DNA of 63,891 nucleotides, filler included, from Octopus bimaculoides (Eukaryota): NCBI RefSeq assembly GCF_001194135.2. It is 9 parts of 9 records of this genome, joined end to end, with 100 filler letters (N's around TTAATTAATTAA, not from the genome) between each part and the next. Parts side by side here need not be neighbours in the genome. Positions count along the whole stretch, not along the records: positions 46,990 to 61,094 come from NC_068984.1; positions 61,195 to 63,891 come from NC_068982.1; 7 more parts are not named here. One strand, given 5' to 3'. The notes beneath the pieces are model-generated. The model had not been told where the DNA came from. It ran no database searches and was given only the letters and a program-made list of their open reading frames with translations. The position numbers were made by a program, and so were the translations under genes. Below are positions 52,657-63,891 of the stretch, piece after piece (the stretch's first letter is position 1; every line of letters starts with the position of its first letter).

Positions 52657-52700
<44 letters not shown>
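51975..52700 (+). mobile_element. R4/Dong non-LTR 3' end with (TAA)n tail, interrupted by a family A SINE
   Basis: EDLQIELSKMWQLKAKTIPFVVGALGVMKKG..FFDQ, then the SINE, then PEKSTIY*AQIVLTSTAHILRKFLSI*, 3' UTR and (TAA)n. Confidence 0.85.
52096..52517 (+). mobile_element. Family A SINE nested in the R4/Dong element
   Basis: Full head-to-tail match to family A. Confidence 0.92.
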
Positions 52701-52705
<5 letters not shown>

Positions 52706-52719
52706 CAACAGTAGTAATA

Positions 52720-54936
52720 ATAATGAGAATAATAAGGCCATCAATTTGGAGGGGAGGAGTTGGTCAATTACATCAAATCTAGTGCTTGGCTGATTCTGTA
52801 TTTTCATTAACCCTTGAACGAATGAAAGGCAAAGTTGATCTTGGTTGGATTTGAACTCAGTATGTAAAGACTCAGATGAAATGCTGTGAAGCATATTATG
52901 AGACATGCAAATGATTTTACCAAATAATAATAATAACAATAATAATAATAATAATAATAATAATGATAATTCTTATTTTGGCACTGGGCCACCAATTCTG
53001 AAGGATGGGCAAGTCAATTTCATTGACTCCAGTGCTCAACTGGTATTTATTTATTGACCTTGAAAGGATAAAAGGCTAAGTGACCTTAGTGGAATTTGAA
53101 CTCAGAACGTAATGATAGGCATGATGCTGCTAAGCATTTTGCCCATTGTGCTAATGATTCTGCCAGCTCGCTGCTTTGAAGATGATGATGATGATAATAA
53201 TAATGATAATAATAATAATAATGACAAGTTTCAAATTTTTCCAGAAGGGCAGCCATTTTTGGGGAGGGGATGTGTTGATTACATTAACCCCAGTGTTCAA
53301 CTGGTACTTCGTTTATCAACCCTGAAAGGATGAAAGGCAAAGTTGACCTCGAATAAAATAATAATAATAATAATAATAATGATAATAATAATAATAATAT
53401 TGAAGAAGAAGAATTTTTATATTTGCCACAAGGGCAACATGTAAGTTTATTTAAGGATTATGAATAAGTACAGCAACAAGAGATCTGTTAAAGAGAAATG
53501 ACAACATGATTATGGGGACTCCAGTATGGTCGCCAACCCTGACCGAAATTGGTAAAAGTGAGTGAAAGCAAATCATAATAAAAGTGATAACTACAATAAC
53601 AGCAACAAAACACCATAGAAAAAATTACTAACTACAAAAAAAATAAACAAGAAGCAATATCCATGGCAACAATTGCATCATCTACAGCAGCGATAGTTAC
53701 GACAATGACAACAACAACAGTAACAGCAAGTAAACAGTAACAGGAAAGGGTAGTAACTACGAACAATAACCATGACAATGATTGCATCATAAGCATCATC
53801 ATCGTCATCGTCGTCTTCATCATTGTCGTCATCACCCGCACCCCGCTGACACCACCAACAGCAACAAACTGCAGTGGAAGCATTGGGAACAACAACGACA
53901 ACTGCAGATATAAATTCAAAGCAGAGCACGCACACATGCACACACACACACACACACACATATACACATACACACATATACACATACACAGAAAAAAAAA
54001 AAGACTGGCTCGACAATTGTAGCACTTAACAATCACTGCGACAACAAACAATTAAGTCTGTAGTAGCATCATCGACAATGACAACAACAACAACAACAGT
54101 ATCAACAGTCGTAAGAACAATAACAAGATTAGTGGACAATACCAATAGATTTTTTTTATTATTTTGTATTTATATATTTATTTATTATTATCGTTATTAT
54201 CATTATTATTATTATTATTGCTGTATATTATTATTATTATTATTATTATCATCAACAATGGTAGCGAGCTCGCAGAATTGATAGAGTGTTGGACAACATG
54301 GTTTGCAACATTTTTTATGACTTCGTTCTGAGTTCAAGTTCCGTCAAGGTCAACTTTGCCGTTCATAGTTTCAAGGCCAGTAAAATAAGTGCTATTATGA
54401 GTACTGAGATGGATGTCATCAACTAGCCACCTTCCCCCAAATTCCACGTCATGTGCCTATAGTAGAAAGGATTATTATTATTATTAAATTGGCAAGCTGG
54501 CAGAATCATTATTGCGCTGGACAAAATGCTTAGTGGTATTCCGCCAACTGCTACGTTCTGAGTTCAAATTCTGCTGAGGTCGACTTTTCCTTTCATCCTT
54601 TTGGGGTTGATAAATTAAGTACCCATAAAATTCTGGGGTCAATGTAATCGACTAGTCCTCTTCCACCAAAAAACTTCAGGTCTTGTACCTATAATAGAAA
54701 GGATTATTATTATCATCATTATTATAAGGACGGCAAGCTAACAGAATCGTTAGCATGCCGGGAAAAATGCTTAGCGATATTTCGTCTGCCATCACATTCT
54801 GAGTTCAAATTTCGTTGGGGTTGACTTAGCCTTTCATCCTTTCGGGGCCAATTAAATAAGTACCAGTTACACACTGGGGTTGATGTAATTGACTTAATCA
54901 CTTTGTCCTCGTTTAGCCCCCTGTGGGCAATAAAGA

Positions 54937-54968
<32 letters not shown>

Positions 54969-54970
54969 TA

Positions 54971-55001
<31 letters not shown>

Positions 55002-55240
55002 TTATTATTATTATTATTAAGGTGGTGAGCTGACAGAATTGTTAGAGCATTGGATAAAATGTTTTGCAGCAGTTCTTTTTGTTTTATGATCTGAGTTCAA
55101 ATTCTACTACGGTAGACTTTGCATTTCATCCTTTCATGGTCAATAAATTAAGTATAAATGTACATGTTGAACACTTGGATTGAGCTAATCAACTTACCCC
55201 TGCTTTTAAAATTGCAGACCTTCTGTCAAAAATTAGTTAA
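52720..55240. mobile_element. Family C SINE arrays: three minus copies (52720-53352) and four plus copies (54258-55240)
   Basis: Repeated gagttcaaatt..ctttcatcct..aagtaccag modules separated by (TAA)n/(ATT)n. Confidence 0.85.
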
Positions 55241-55956
55241 AAACGTTATTGTTATTATTATTTTTGCATATAGAAGGGATGTAGCTTGAATGCTGTTTCT
55301 TAAGAAATTCCAACCAGAAATAAAAGAAAATTAGATTTACAGACTGCATTAGATAAATTGATACTTTAATAAGTAATCATCATTATCGTCATCATATTTA
55401 TCATCACTGCATTTGTCTTCCATCTTACTTACATCGGTGGCTGTCACCAGACACACATGTTGGAGCTTTGTCTTTGCTCTAATCATCTACATCTGTCATT
55501 ACTTTATGTAATGTTGTATTGAGAGGCTCTCTGATCGCAAGTGTGTTTGTGTGTGTATGTGTGTGTGTGTGCAGTCCACTGGGATAAGGGTGATATCTCC
55601 ATAGCAAACTGTATGCAGTTGTGTGTGTGTTCGTGTTCATGTACATTATCTAGTGCCTCTAACTCAGTACATATGACATTCCTATTTTTCTGCCACTCGT
55701 CCAGTTAAACTGACCACTCTTTGACATTAGCAAACCATCACTACCTTTCTTCACCTTACAAAGAGCCACTTCTATTCTTCTTTCCTTTTATTATGCTCTC
55801 CTTCCCTCATAGCCATCATAGAATTGCATTCTTCCATTGCTATGAGGCCACAGATTATATGAGAATGTTATTGCCAACTAAAATTAATCTGTTTATGATA
55901 GGTGTTTATTCTAATAACCTCAGAAAGATATTAGATAAAATGAAGCATGGAGATCT

Positions 55957-56605
55957 GACTCTTTTCTTGCCATATTTCTATTGAAATATGCTGCCTTTGT
56001 TTCAAATAATTTCAGAAGTTTTAAAGAATTTAGTAAAATAACTTTGCTGTTATTAATTTGGTGTTTGGAACTCTTTAACTCTTTCACTTGTTTCAGTCAT
56101 TTGACTGCGGCCATGCTGGAGCACCACCTTTAGTCGAGAAAATCGACCCCAGGAATTATTCTTTGTAAGCCTAGTACTTAGTCTATTGGTTTCTTTTTGC
56201 CAAACCGCTAAGTTACGGGGACGTAAACACACCAGCATCGGTTGTCAAGCGATAGTGGAGGGTGGGGGGACAAACACAGACACACAAACGCACACATATA
56301 TATACATATACATATATACGATGGGCTTCTTTCAGTTTCCGTCTACTAAATCCACTCACAAGGCTTTGGTCGGTCTGAGGCTATAGTAAAAGACACTTGC
56401 CCAAGGTGCCACGCAGTGATACTGAACCCGGAACCATGTGGTTGGTAAGCAAGCTACTTACCACACAGCCACTCCTGCGCCTGAATTTACATTAAATTTT
56501 GTTGGAAAGTTTTAGTTTTAATCCCATTAAAATGGGAATTTTGTATCATCGAACAGGTGTGTATCATCGAATAAGGAATGGTCTCAGGTTGATAGGTATC
56601 AAACA
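55957..56605. mobile_element. Old MITE-like repeat interrupted by a family A SINE (minus, 56070-56482)
   Basis: catatttctattgaaatatgctgcctttgtttcaaat...gaatttagtaaaataac matches 60210-60320; AT-rich sequence resumes after the SINE. Confidence 0.65.
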
Positions 56606-56825
56606 AATTAGTGAAAATAGTAATGTTCTATCATAAGAATTCAAATGTAACTGTAGCAGTCATGAAGAAGGGCCAGAACAGATGAGTGGAACAAAACTGT
56701 TTGTAGTCTGATATTATGATGGCTGGCTTAATTAGTACAAGTCAGAGCCTGTAAGTGGGTGGCCTTGAGCCAGTTCTTTAGTCTGTGGATCAAGAGCTAA
56801 TGAAGGACTTGTGATGAATGGCTCC

Positions 56826-57003
56826 TTCATCATCATCGTTTAACGTCCGCTTTCCATGCTAGCATGGGTTGGACGATTTGACTGAGGACTGGTGAACCAG
56901 ATGGCTACACCAGGCTCCAATCTGATTTGGCAGAGTTTCTACAGCTGGATGCCCTTCCTAACGCCAACCACTCCTAGAGTGTAGTGGGTGCTTTTATGTG
57001 CCA
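56826..57003 (-). mobile_element. Family B SINE
   Basis: Near-identical to 16062; further fragments at 57855-57986 and 8415-8475. Confidence 0.9.
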
Positions 57004-57095
57004 TCTCAGAGTCCTTTTGAATTTTGAGAGAGACCTCCTCAGCCTTCAAGGTAAATAGTGGACAAAAGTATTAATAGTTTTATTCTCCATTGCAG

Positions 57096-57117
57096 AATTC
57101 CTCTCAGAAGTTCTGAT
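57096..57117 (+). other. Candidate 22-nt micro-exon
   Basis: ttttattctccattgcag|AATTCCTCTCAGAAGTTCTGAT|gtaagt: consensus acceptor and donor. Splice-site pattern only. Confidence 0.25.
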
Positions 57118-58119
57118 GTAAGTACCAAATATCTAGTGGGAAAGTTTTCAATTTGGGTTCTGTTGTCATCGTTCTGTCATGTCTAGATCCCTATATGCCC
57201 AACTATCAATGACTGGGTACCCTATAAATGGGTAATTAGATATCACTTAGAAGTATATTTTGCACCTAATGAAAGCAGGTGATGGGCTCTAAAATAAAAG
57301 AATGTCAACTATTTCATTAATTTATAGAACTAAGTTCCACTCTTTCCTTGGGGAAAATACCCATTTTATAGGAGTGTTGGGCTTTAGACACACACACATG
57401 CACACACATGTGTGCATATACATAGAATGCACTGCAGGAATCAATGATACTAGAAGTTACGTCAAATCTAGGCCATTAAGAGTCTGTTATAACATTCAAC
57501 AATAAGATTATTGTCTTCTAGTGTCTATAACATAAACATAACAATAAAACTCTATATAAACGATAAAAAAAAATGGACTATCTTTAACAATTTACATTAA
57601 TGTAGGATTGCATACATTGGAGCATATATCTATCTATCTATCTGTTTGTCTCTATCTATCTGTCTATATATATATATATATATATATATAAATTGTAAAT
57701 GCAAAAATAAAAACAATTGTCAAGTATTACCTCTAACATTTACTTTACCTACGTGATTCACGTTGTCCATCTGATTGGTATATATATATATATATATGTA
57801 TATAGAGAGAGAGAGAGAGAGATACATATATATATGTATGTGTATGGATATATATCATCACCATCATCATCATCATCGTTTAAAGCTTTCTTTCCATGCT
57901 GACGTAGGTTAGACAGTTTGACTGGAACTGGTAAGTTGGAGAGCTGTACCAGGTTCCAGTCTGATTTGGCATTGTTTCTACAGCTGNNNNNNNNNNTATT
58001 CTTTTACTTTCTTTTACTTGTTTCAGTCATTTGACTGCAGCCATGCTGGAGCACCACCTTTAATTAAACAAATGTATATATTATATTGATCATGTAATAT
58101 ATACACACACACACAAACA

Positions 58120-58167
<48 letters not shown>

Positions 58168-58932
58168 CATGTGTATATATATATATATATGTGTGTGTGT
58201 ATATATATGTGTGTGTGTGTGCTCATATTTTGAGTTCTACTTTTCTGTTAGCACAACCAAATCTATAGTCATGGACTGTATATAAACTCTCAAAACCTTG
58301 CTTGGGGTATCTCTCAATACATCTAAATTGTATATTACATTTGTTTTTATCAGCAAAAGTTAACAGTGACTTCGAAGTTTTGCCAGCTGCTGGTTTCATC
58401 ATGTGATCTGATGAAGCCAACTAATGGTGCAACTGCAAATATTTTCTTTATAAAAATAAATATTTAATAGCATCATTTTTTTCTTATTTTAACTGAAATA
58501 TTGAATGTATTGTACTATGAGGGCTTCCACCATTCTTGTTTGTCTTCCAAATTTACACACACTATTTCCTAAGAATACTAAGTCTGTGTATTTGTGTGTA
58601 TGTCTGTTTGTTTGTATGTTTTGAAGGTGACAGCCAAAGTGGGGTAAGATATATATTTCCATATGAGTCTTTAGATGATATATCTATTCGAATAGAAAGT
58701 CACTCTATATATCTAAACACTGCTTTACTTGCATCCATTGTAAGACTGCATTCAAAGTTTGACACCTTATATACACATATACATATATACATGAAATGAC
58801 AAAGGAAAAAAATCAGTTATGTTATAAACTTCATTAGTTTACAGCTGTTTCTGCTGTAAGATGCAGTTGACACCCTATAGCTTCATCAGAGCCTTGAATA
58901 TGAAGTATTATAGCAGTAACAGTTGTAAGCTA

Positions 58933-59676
58933 ATGAAGTTAACAAAAAGTGACAACAAAGCATATTTGGCATATTTTCTTTATGAGTTCAATAAAGGCAA
59001 CAATGCAACAGAAAGTGTGAAGAATATTAATGCAGTATGTGGGGATCGGACAACAAGCATAAACCAGTGTCAACGGTGGTTCCAGAAATTCCGTGCCTGA
59101 AACTACAGCCTAGAAGATGAGCCTCATCCTGGAAGATCTGTAGAGTTCAACAAGCAAACTCTGGTGGAATGAAATCCCATAGTAACTGTGGAGGAACTAG
59201 CAGAGAAGTTTGGATTTGGTCATTCAACCAGTCATTCAAGTCAGCACTAGAAGAAAAACAATCAACTTTGGTTTCAAGACAAAAGGTGTTCTTCCATCAG
59301 AATAATGCTTGGCCACATACAGCGAGGATGACATTCCAAGGGCTGGATCAGTTTGAATGGGAAACCATGCCCCACTCACCATATTTGCTGGACATTGGCC
59401 CATCTGATTATCATTTGGATGCAGTTTTCAAAATTATTTATTCCACATTTTCAAAATCATAAGAATTCTGTAGACAAGGTCTGAACAGTAGTGGAGGAAT
59501 ATTTTTTATCATGGACAAGTGAATTTTGGAAGAGGGGCCTTGCAAGTCTACCAGATAGATGGAAGAGCATTGTAGGACATAGAGGAGAGTATATTTTAGA
59601 TTAAAAAAGAACTTAGTTTATCTTAATTTTGAAGAATAAAAGAAGTTTAAAAGAACTGCATTATTTATAGGATGAC
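58933..59676 (+). mobile_element. Mariner (DD34D) transposase relic, internally deleted, with right TIR
   Basis: FLYEFNKGNNATES..NINAV, QRWFQKFR, SLEDEPHPGRSVE, FHQNNAWPHT, HSPYLLDIGPSDYHL, LPDRWKSIV. Confidence 0.92.
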
Positions 59677-59697
59677 NNNNNNNNNNTATATATATAC

Positions 59698-59866
59698 CTG
59701 TAAAAATATGTGACACTTATTCGGTAGCCATGATAAAACTCAGAGTTTCGGATGCCGGGTTGGGAACCCACACCAACATCTCTTCAGTTATCCAGCCATT
59801 GAAACCCAGCATAGCCATGATAAAGTTTTATTATGGCTACCAAATAAGTGTTACATATTTTTACAG
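59698..59866. mobile_element. MITE with 43-bp TIRs
   Basis: ctgtaaaaatatgtgacacttattcggtagccatgataaaact vs reverse complement of 59824-59866: 3 mismatches. Confidence 0.8.
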
Positions 59867-59926
59867 ATAAATTCCGCTATTTACATAATATCGAGGTCTC
59901 TTTCTTTCTTTTGTTGTCCTTTCTAT

Positions 59927-59974
<48 letters not shown>

Positions 59975-60374
59975 GTGTCTGTATGTAAGTATATTCAACT
60001 TTCTTCAACTGTATGGCGTCTAATTTCATATATCTTAATGTTTACTTGCATGGGTGGTGTGCTTTTTATTTTTATGTGACATATTTTGGTGAAAATTTAA
60101 TTTCCAGTTGTGTTCCATTCCTAGCATTATGCATTTCCCTATGCTTCAGTTCAGTCAAGAGATGAATGAACTCAAGACAGATTAGTGTGTATTTGCTTAA
60201 CATTTTTATTACCATATTTCTTTTGAAATAAATTGCTTTTGTTTCAAAATTAATTTATCTCTAAAACTAACGAAGAATTTAGTGTAATAACCTTATAATT
60301 ACAAAGCTGGTGTTTCAAACGTAAAGTAATATTAAACTTTGAGAGAATGTTGTAATTTATGTTATTTTCACCAT

Positions 60375-60591
60375 TTAACATTCGGATTACTTTGTCAAAC
60401 ATAATGCTTGTTTATTCACATTGTTTTGAAATAATCATGCATTATCAGGTAGCTTTGAGATTTCAATGATGTGATGGCTTGTTTCTAAAAGAAACATTGT
60501 AGGGTAGACGTAAGAGGCCAGATCTGGTCACTTTGAGCATAAATCAAGAATAGTTGGGCCTGATATGGCCAATTTAAATGCTAAAGGATTA
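60375..60591. mobile_element. piggyBac-like MITE, second copy
   Basis: Homologous to 30038-30262 (acattgtagggtag..gtaagagg, tttaaatgctaaagg). Confidence 0.65.
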
Positions 60592-60839
60592 GAACTCTCT
60601 CTCTCTCTGTCTCGCTCTCTGCCTCTTCCAGCTGTGATAATCTGGTTGTTTCAATAGCTCAAGGGTGGAAGGGCCAAAGAGGTATGTGGATCTTGTCATG
60701 ACTATGCAGGCACCTACCAACATTGCTGGAAGTATGGTACACACATGTTGATAGTGAATCTTACTCAATTGTGAGTTTCAAAAAAAATGAATATACTTAC
60801 TACAAGTACTCAGTATCTATTAATTCCATTTGTATCTTC

Positions 60840-60884
<45 letters not shown>

Positions 60885-60886
<2 letters not shown>

Positions 60887-61060
60887 CATCATCATCGTTT
60901 AACTTCCATGCTAGCATAGGTTGGACGGTTTGACTGAGGACTGGTGAAACCAGATGGCTACACCAGGCTCCAATCTGATTTGGCAGAGTTTCTACAGCTG
61001 GATGCCCTTCCTAACGCCAACCACTCCGAGAGTGTAGTGGGTGCTTTTCCGTGCCACCAT
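60885..61060 (-). mobile_element. Family B SINE
   Basis: Matches 12722. Confidence 0.9.
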
Positions 61061-61232
61061 ATATATATATTTTGGCTCTATATATATTTGTATANNNNNN
61101 NNNNNNNNNNNNNNNNNNNNNNNNNNNNNNNNNNNNNNTTAATTAATTAANNNNNNNNNNNNNNNNNNNNNNNNNNNNNNNNNNNNNNNNNNNNTATATA
61201 TATATATATATATATATCGCTTATAACTGCAT

Positions 61233-61480
61233 GGAACCACATGGCTTAGTGGTTAGGGAGTGTTGGACTCATGATCGTTAGATTGTGGTTTCGATTCCTG
61301 GATCGGGTTATGCATTATGTTCTTGAGCAATAAACTTTCATTTCATAGTGCTCCAGTCTACTCAATAGGCAAAAAGGAGTAATCCTGCGTTGAAAAGGTG
61401 TCTCGTCTAGATAGAGAATATATTCGCCATGGGAGCTGAGAAACCGGCCCTCTGCCCCTTACGGAGTAATGGGGACTAAG
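61233..61480 (+). mobile_element. tRNA-derived SINE (D-related head), diverged
   Basis: tggcttagtggttaggg...gtggtttcgattcctgg; tail gaaaccggccctc as in the 29631 copy. Confidence 0.75.
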
Positions 61481-61631
61481 CACTCACATATATGCAGGTA
61501 CACAACTATGTACGCACGCGCGCGCGCGCAAATATGTATTATTTATTTACTATCTGTACTACTGCTTGTGTGTGACCAGGTTGTATATTCAAAGATACTA
61601 GTGTACCAATCTAATTTATATATATATATCG

Positions 61632-62290
61632 TACGGTGAATAAACTGTCGTCTAAAAAATTGCACAGACATGAAAATAACACCGACATCTCATTTTAACA
61701 GATATACACCAAAATATCTTGAAATACCAAAGAGTAAATTTATTCAATAAAATCTCCATTGGCTTCAACCATGACCTCCAGACAACTTCGGAATCTCCTG
61801 AAGCTCTTCTGGACGGTCTCCTTGTTTAAGTTGGTGAAAAATTCTTGCTTTCAGTTCATCTTTGGTGTAACTAGGAGTTTTGTTGGTCTCTCGCTCAACT
61901 GCGCCCCACTCATAATAATAACAAGGGGGTTGCAGTCTGGGGAATTAGGTAGTTAGATGCTAGGGGTTATGTGGTCGCAGAAATTGTCTAACAGCCATTA
62001 CTGGGTTCTCCTGCTTGTGTGGCATGGTGCAGAGTCCTGTTGCTAGACATAGGGTCTTCCAGCAACCACTCTCTTCACCCAGGGCAGCACTACCTCCTCC
62101 AGGCACTTATTGTAGGCCTGTGTGTTGAGTGTGAGACCGTGTTGGAAGATGAGTGGAGGCATAACGTCGCTATCACAAATGATCATTCCAAACACCTTGA
62201 TGTTGACTGGATGATTGGTTTTTCTCACTCTTGATACATGTTTTGGGAACACGGCAAGCCAACGGTTGTTCCGTGTATTCATCATCCGTT
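61632..62290 (-). mobile_element. DD37D (maT/mori-like) Tc1-mariner transposase relic, C-terminal half
   Basis: YV*QQDSAPCHTSRRTQ...LPNSPDCNPL (long D-to-D spacing), WGAVERETNK, MVEANGDFIE*. Confidence 0.85.
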
Positions 62291-62502
62291 CGTATTAGAG
62301 CTTCCGGCGAGAATGCCAAGCAGTACAGCATGTCGTTTCCAAATATCTGGCAGAGTGAATTGCGCAATGATACTGCTTTTTCTCACAGACAGTGCCCACC
62401 TGACCCTACTATACTGTTTAGTCGACAAAATCAATAACAACCAATGCGCATGCGCGAAATGAAAATATATCATGGTGACAATTTACTCTTCGTTCCCTCT
62501 AT

Positions 62503-62562
<60 letters not shown>

Positions 62563-63385
62563 NNNNNNNNNNNNNNNNNNNNNNNNNNNNNNNNNNNNNN
62601 NNNNNNNNNNNNNNNNNNNNNNNNNNNNNNNNNNNNNNNNNNNNNNNNNNNNNNNNNNNNNNNNNNNNNNNNNNNNNNNNNNNNNNNNNNNNNNNNNNNN
62701 NNNNNNNNNNNNNNNNNNNNNNNNNNNNNNNNNNNNNNNNNNNNNNNNNNNNNNNNNNNNNNNNNNNNNNNNNNNNNNNNNNNNNNNNNNNNNNNNNNNN
62801 NNNNNNNNNNNNNNNNNNNNNNNNNNNNNNNNNNNNNNNNNNNNNNNNNNNNNNNNNNNNNNNNNNNNNNNNNNNNNNNNNNNNNNNNNNNNNNNNNNNN
62901 NNNNNNNNNNNNNNNNNNNNNNNNNNNNNNNNNNNNNNNNNNNNNNNNNNNNNNNNNNNNNNNNNNNNNNNNNNNNNNNNNNNNNNNNNNNNNNNNNNNN
63001 NNNNNNNNNNNNNNNNNNNNNNNNNNNNNNNNNNNNNNNNNNNNNNNNNNNNNNNNNNNNNNNNNNNNNNNNNNNNNNNNNNNNNNNNNNNNNNNNNNNN
63101 NNNNNNNNNNNNNNNNNNNNNNNNNNNNNNNNNNNNNNNNNNNNNNNNNNNNNNNNNNNNNNNNNNNNNNNNNNNNNNNNNNNNNNNNNNNNNNNNNNNN
63201 NNNNNNNNNNNNNNNNNNNNNNNNNNNNNNNNNNNNNNNNNNNNNNNNNNNNNNNNNNNNNNNNNNNNNNNNNNNNNNNNNNNNNNNNNNNNNNNNNNNN
63301 NNNNNNNNNNNNNNNNNNNNNNNNNNNNNNNNNNNNNNNNNNNNNNNNNNNNNNNNNNNNNNNNNNNNNNNNNNNNNNNNNNNNN

Positions 63386-63416
<31 letters not shown>

Positions 63417-63891
63417 TAATATATCATTATTTTGAGCGTAAAATGTATATATGTATGAAGGTACGAGGAGAAGAAATTTGCTGGAGAAAAATAAAGAAGG
63501 GTGAAACATTAAAATTACCGAAACAGTGACGTTGCTTGAGAAAAAAAGGTGTGATATGTGATTATGCCAACGACATTCTCCTTCCCGTTACCACAGGCAA
63601 CATCATCGTCGTCAGCATCATCATCACCATCATGATCAGCATTATCACAACCAAACTAGTCGGCGCCGACTTTCGGCTCTGGGAATGCCATCTTTAAAAC
63701 TGCCAGCAGGATAAGGAATCGTGTTAACACATCTATACAGACACATACACATGCATAGAAGCGAACTTCCAGTTTTTTCCTAAATTTAGCCTCAGCTTCC
63801 AGACCTATCATCGTTACCCCGCTTCTGCCTCCTTTCCTCTGTCTCCCTCTCTCTCCTCCCTCTGTCTCTCCCTCCCCCATATCTCCTCACT

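Noticed and set aside
58223-58420. ORF with MMKPAAGKTSKS and FRCIERYPKQGFESLY as a missing SLC25A36 exon
   Set aside because: No Px[DE]xx[KR] signature or AYPH, wrong spacing; better explained as the antisense of a repeat relic.

Overview
AT-rich, microsatellite-dense animal DNA from a gapped draft assembly. The SINE families look like those of octopus, but that is recognition from memory, not a database result. One gene is clearly identifiable: the intact terminal coding exon of a mitochondrial pyrimidine-nucleotide carrier (SLC25A36/SLC25A33, Rim2 family) on the minus strand at 11405-11601. I could not find its other exons in the window. An unrelated 172-nt coding-looking exon sits 3.3 kb upstream on the same strand (14859-15030). 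The rest is mostly four SINE families that I label A-D and decayed transposon relics: HERO, R4/Dong, two Penelope-like elements, Tc1, two mariner fragments, a DD37D/maT element and several MITEs. There are also simple repeats and N gaps, some carrying an artificial TTAATTAATTAA linker. Nearly all ORFs in the supplied track are microsatellite or gap artefacts. The leads most worth checking are the orphan carrier exon with a possible in-frame splice path from the unknown exon, a 70-bp hairpin with a third copy, a doubly inverted Penelope element, inverted SINE arrays that could form dsRNA, two decayed unidentified ORFs, and apparent CpG-decay domains. I found no convincing novel system. All coordinates were counted by hand, and repeat boundaries are approximate.
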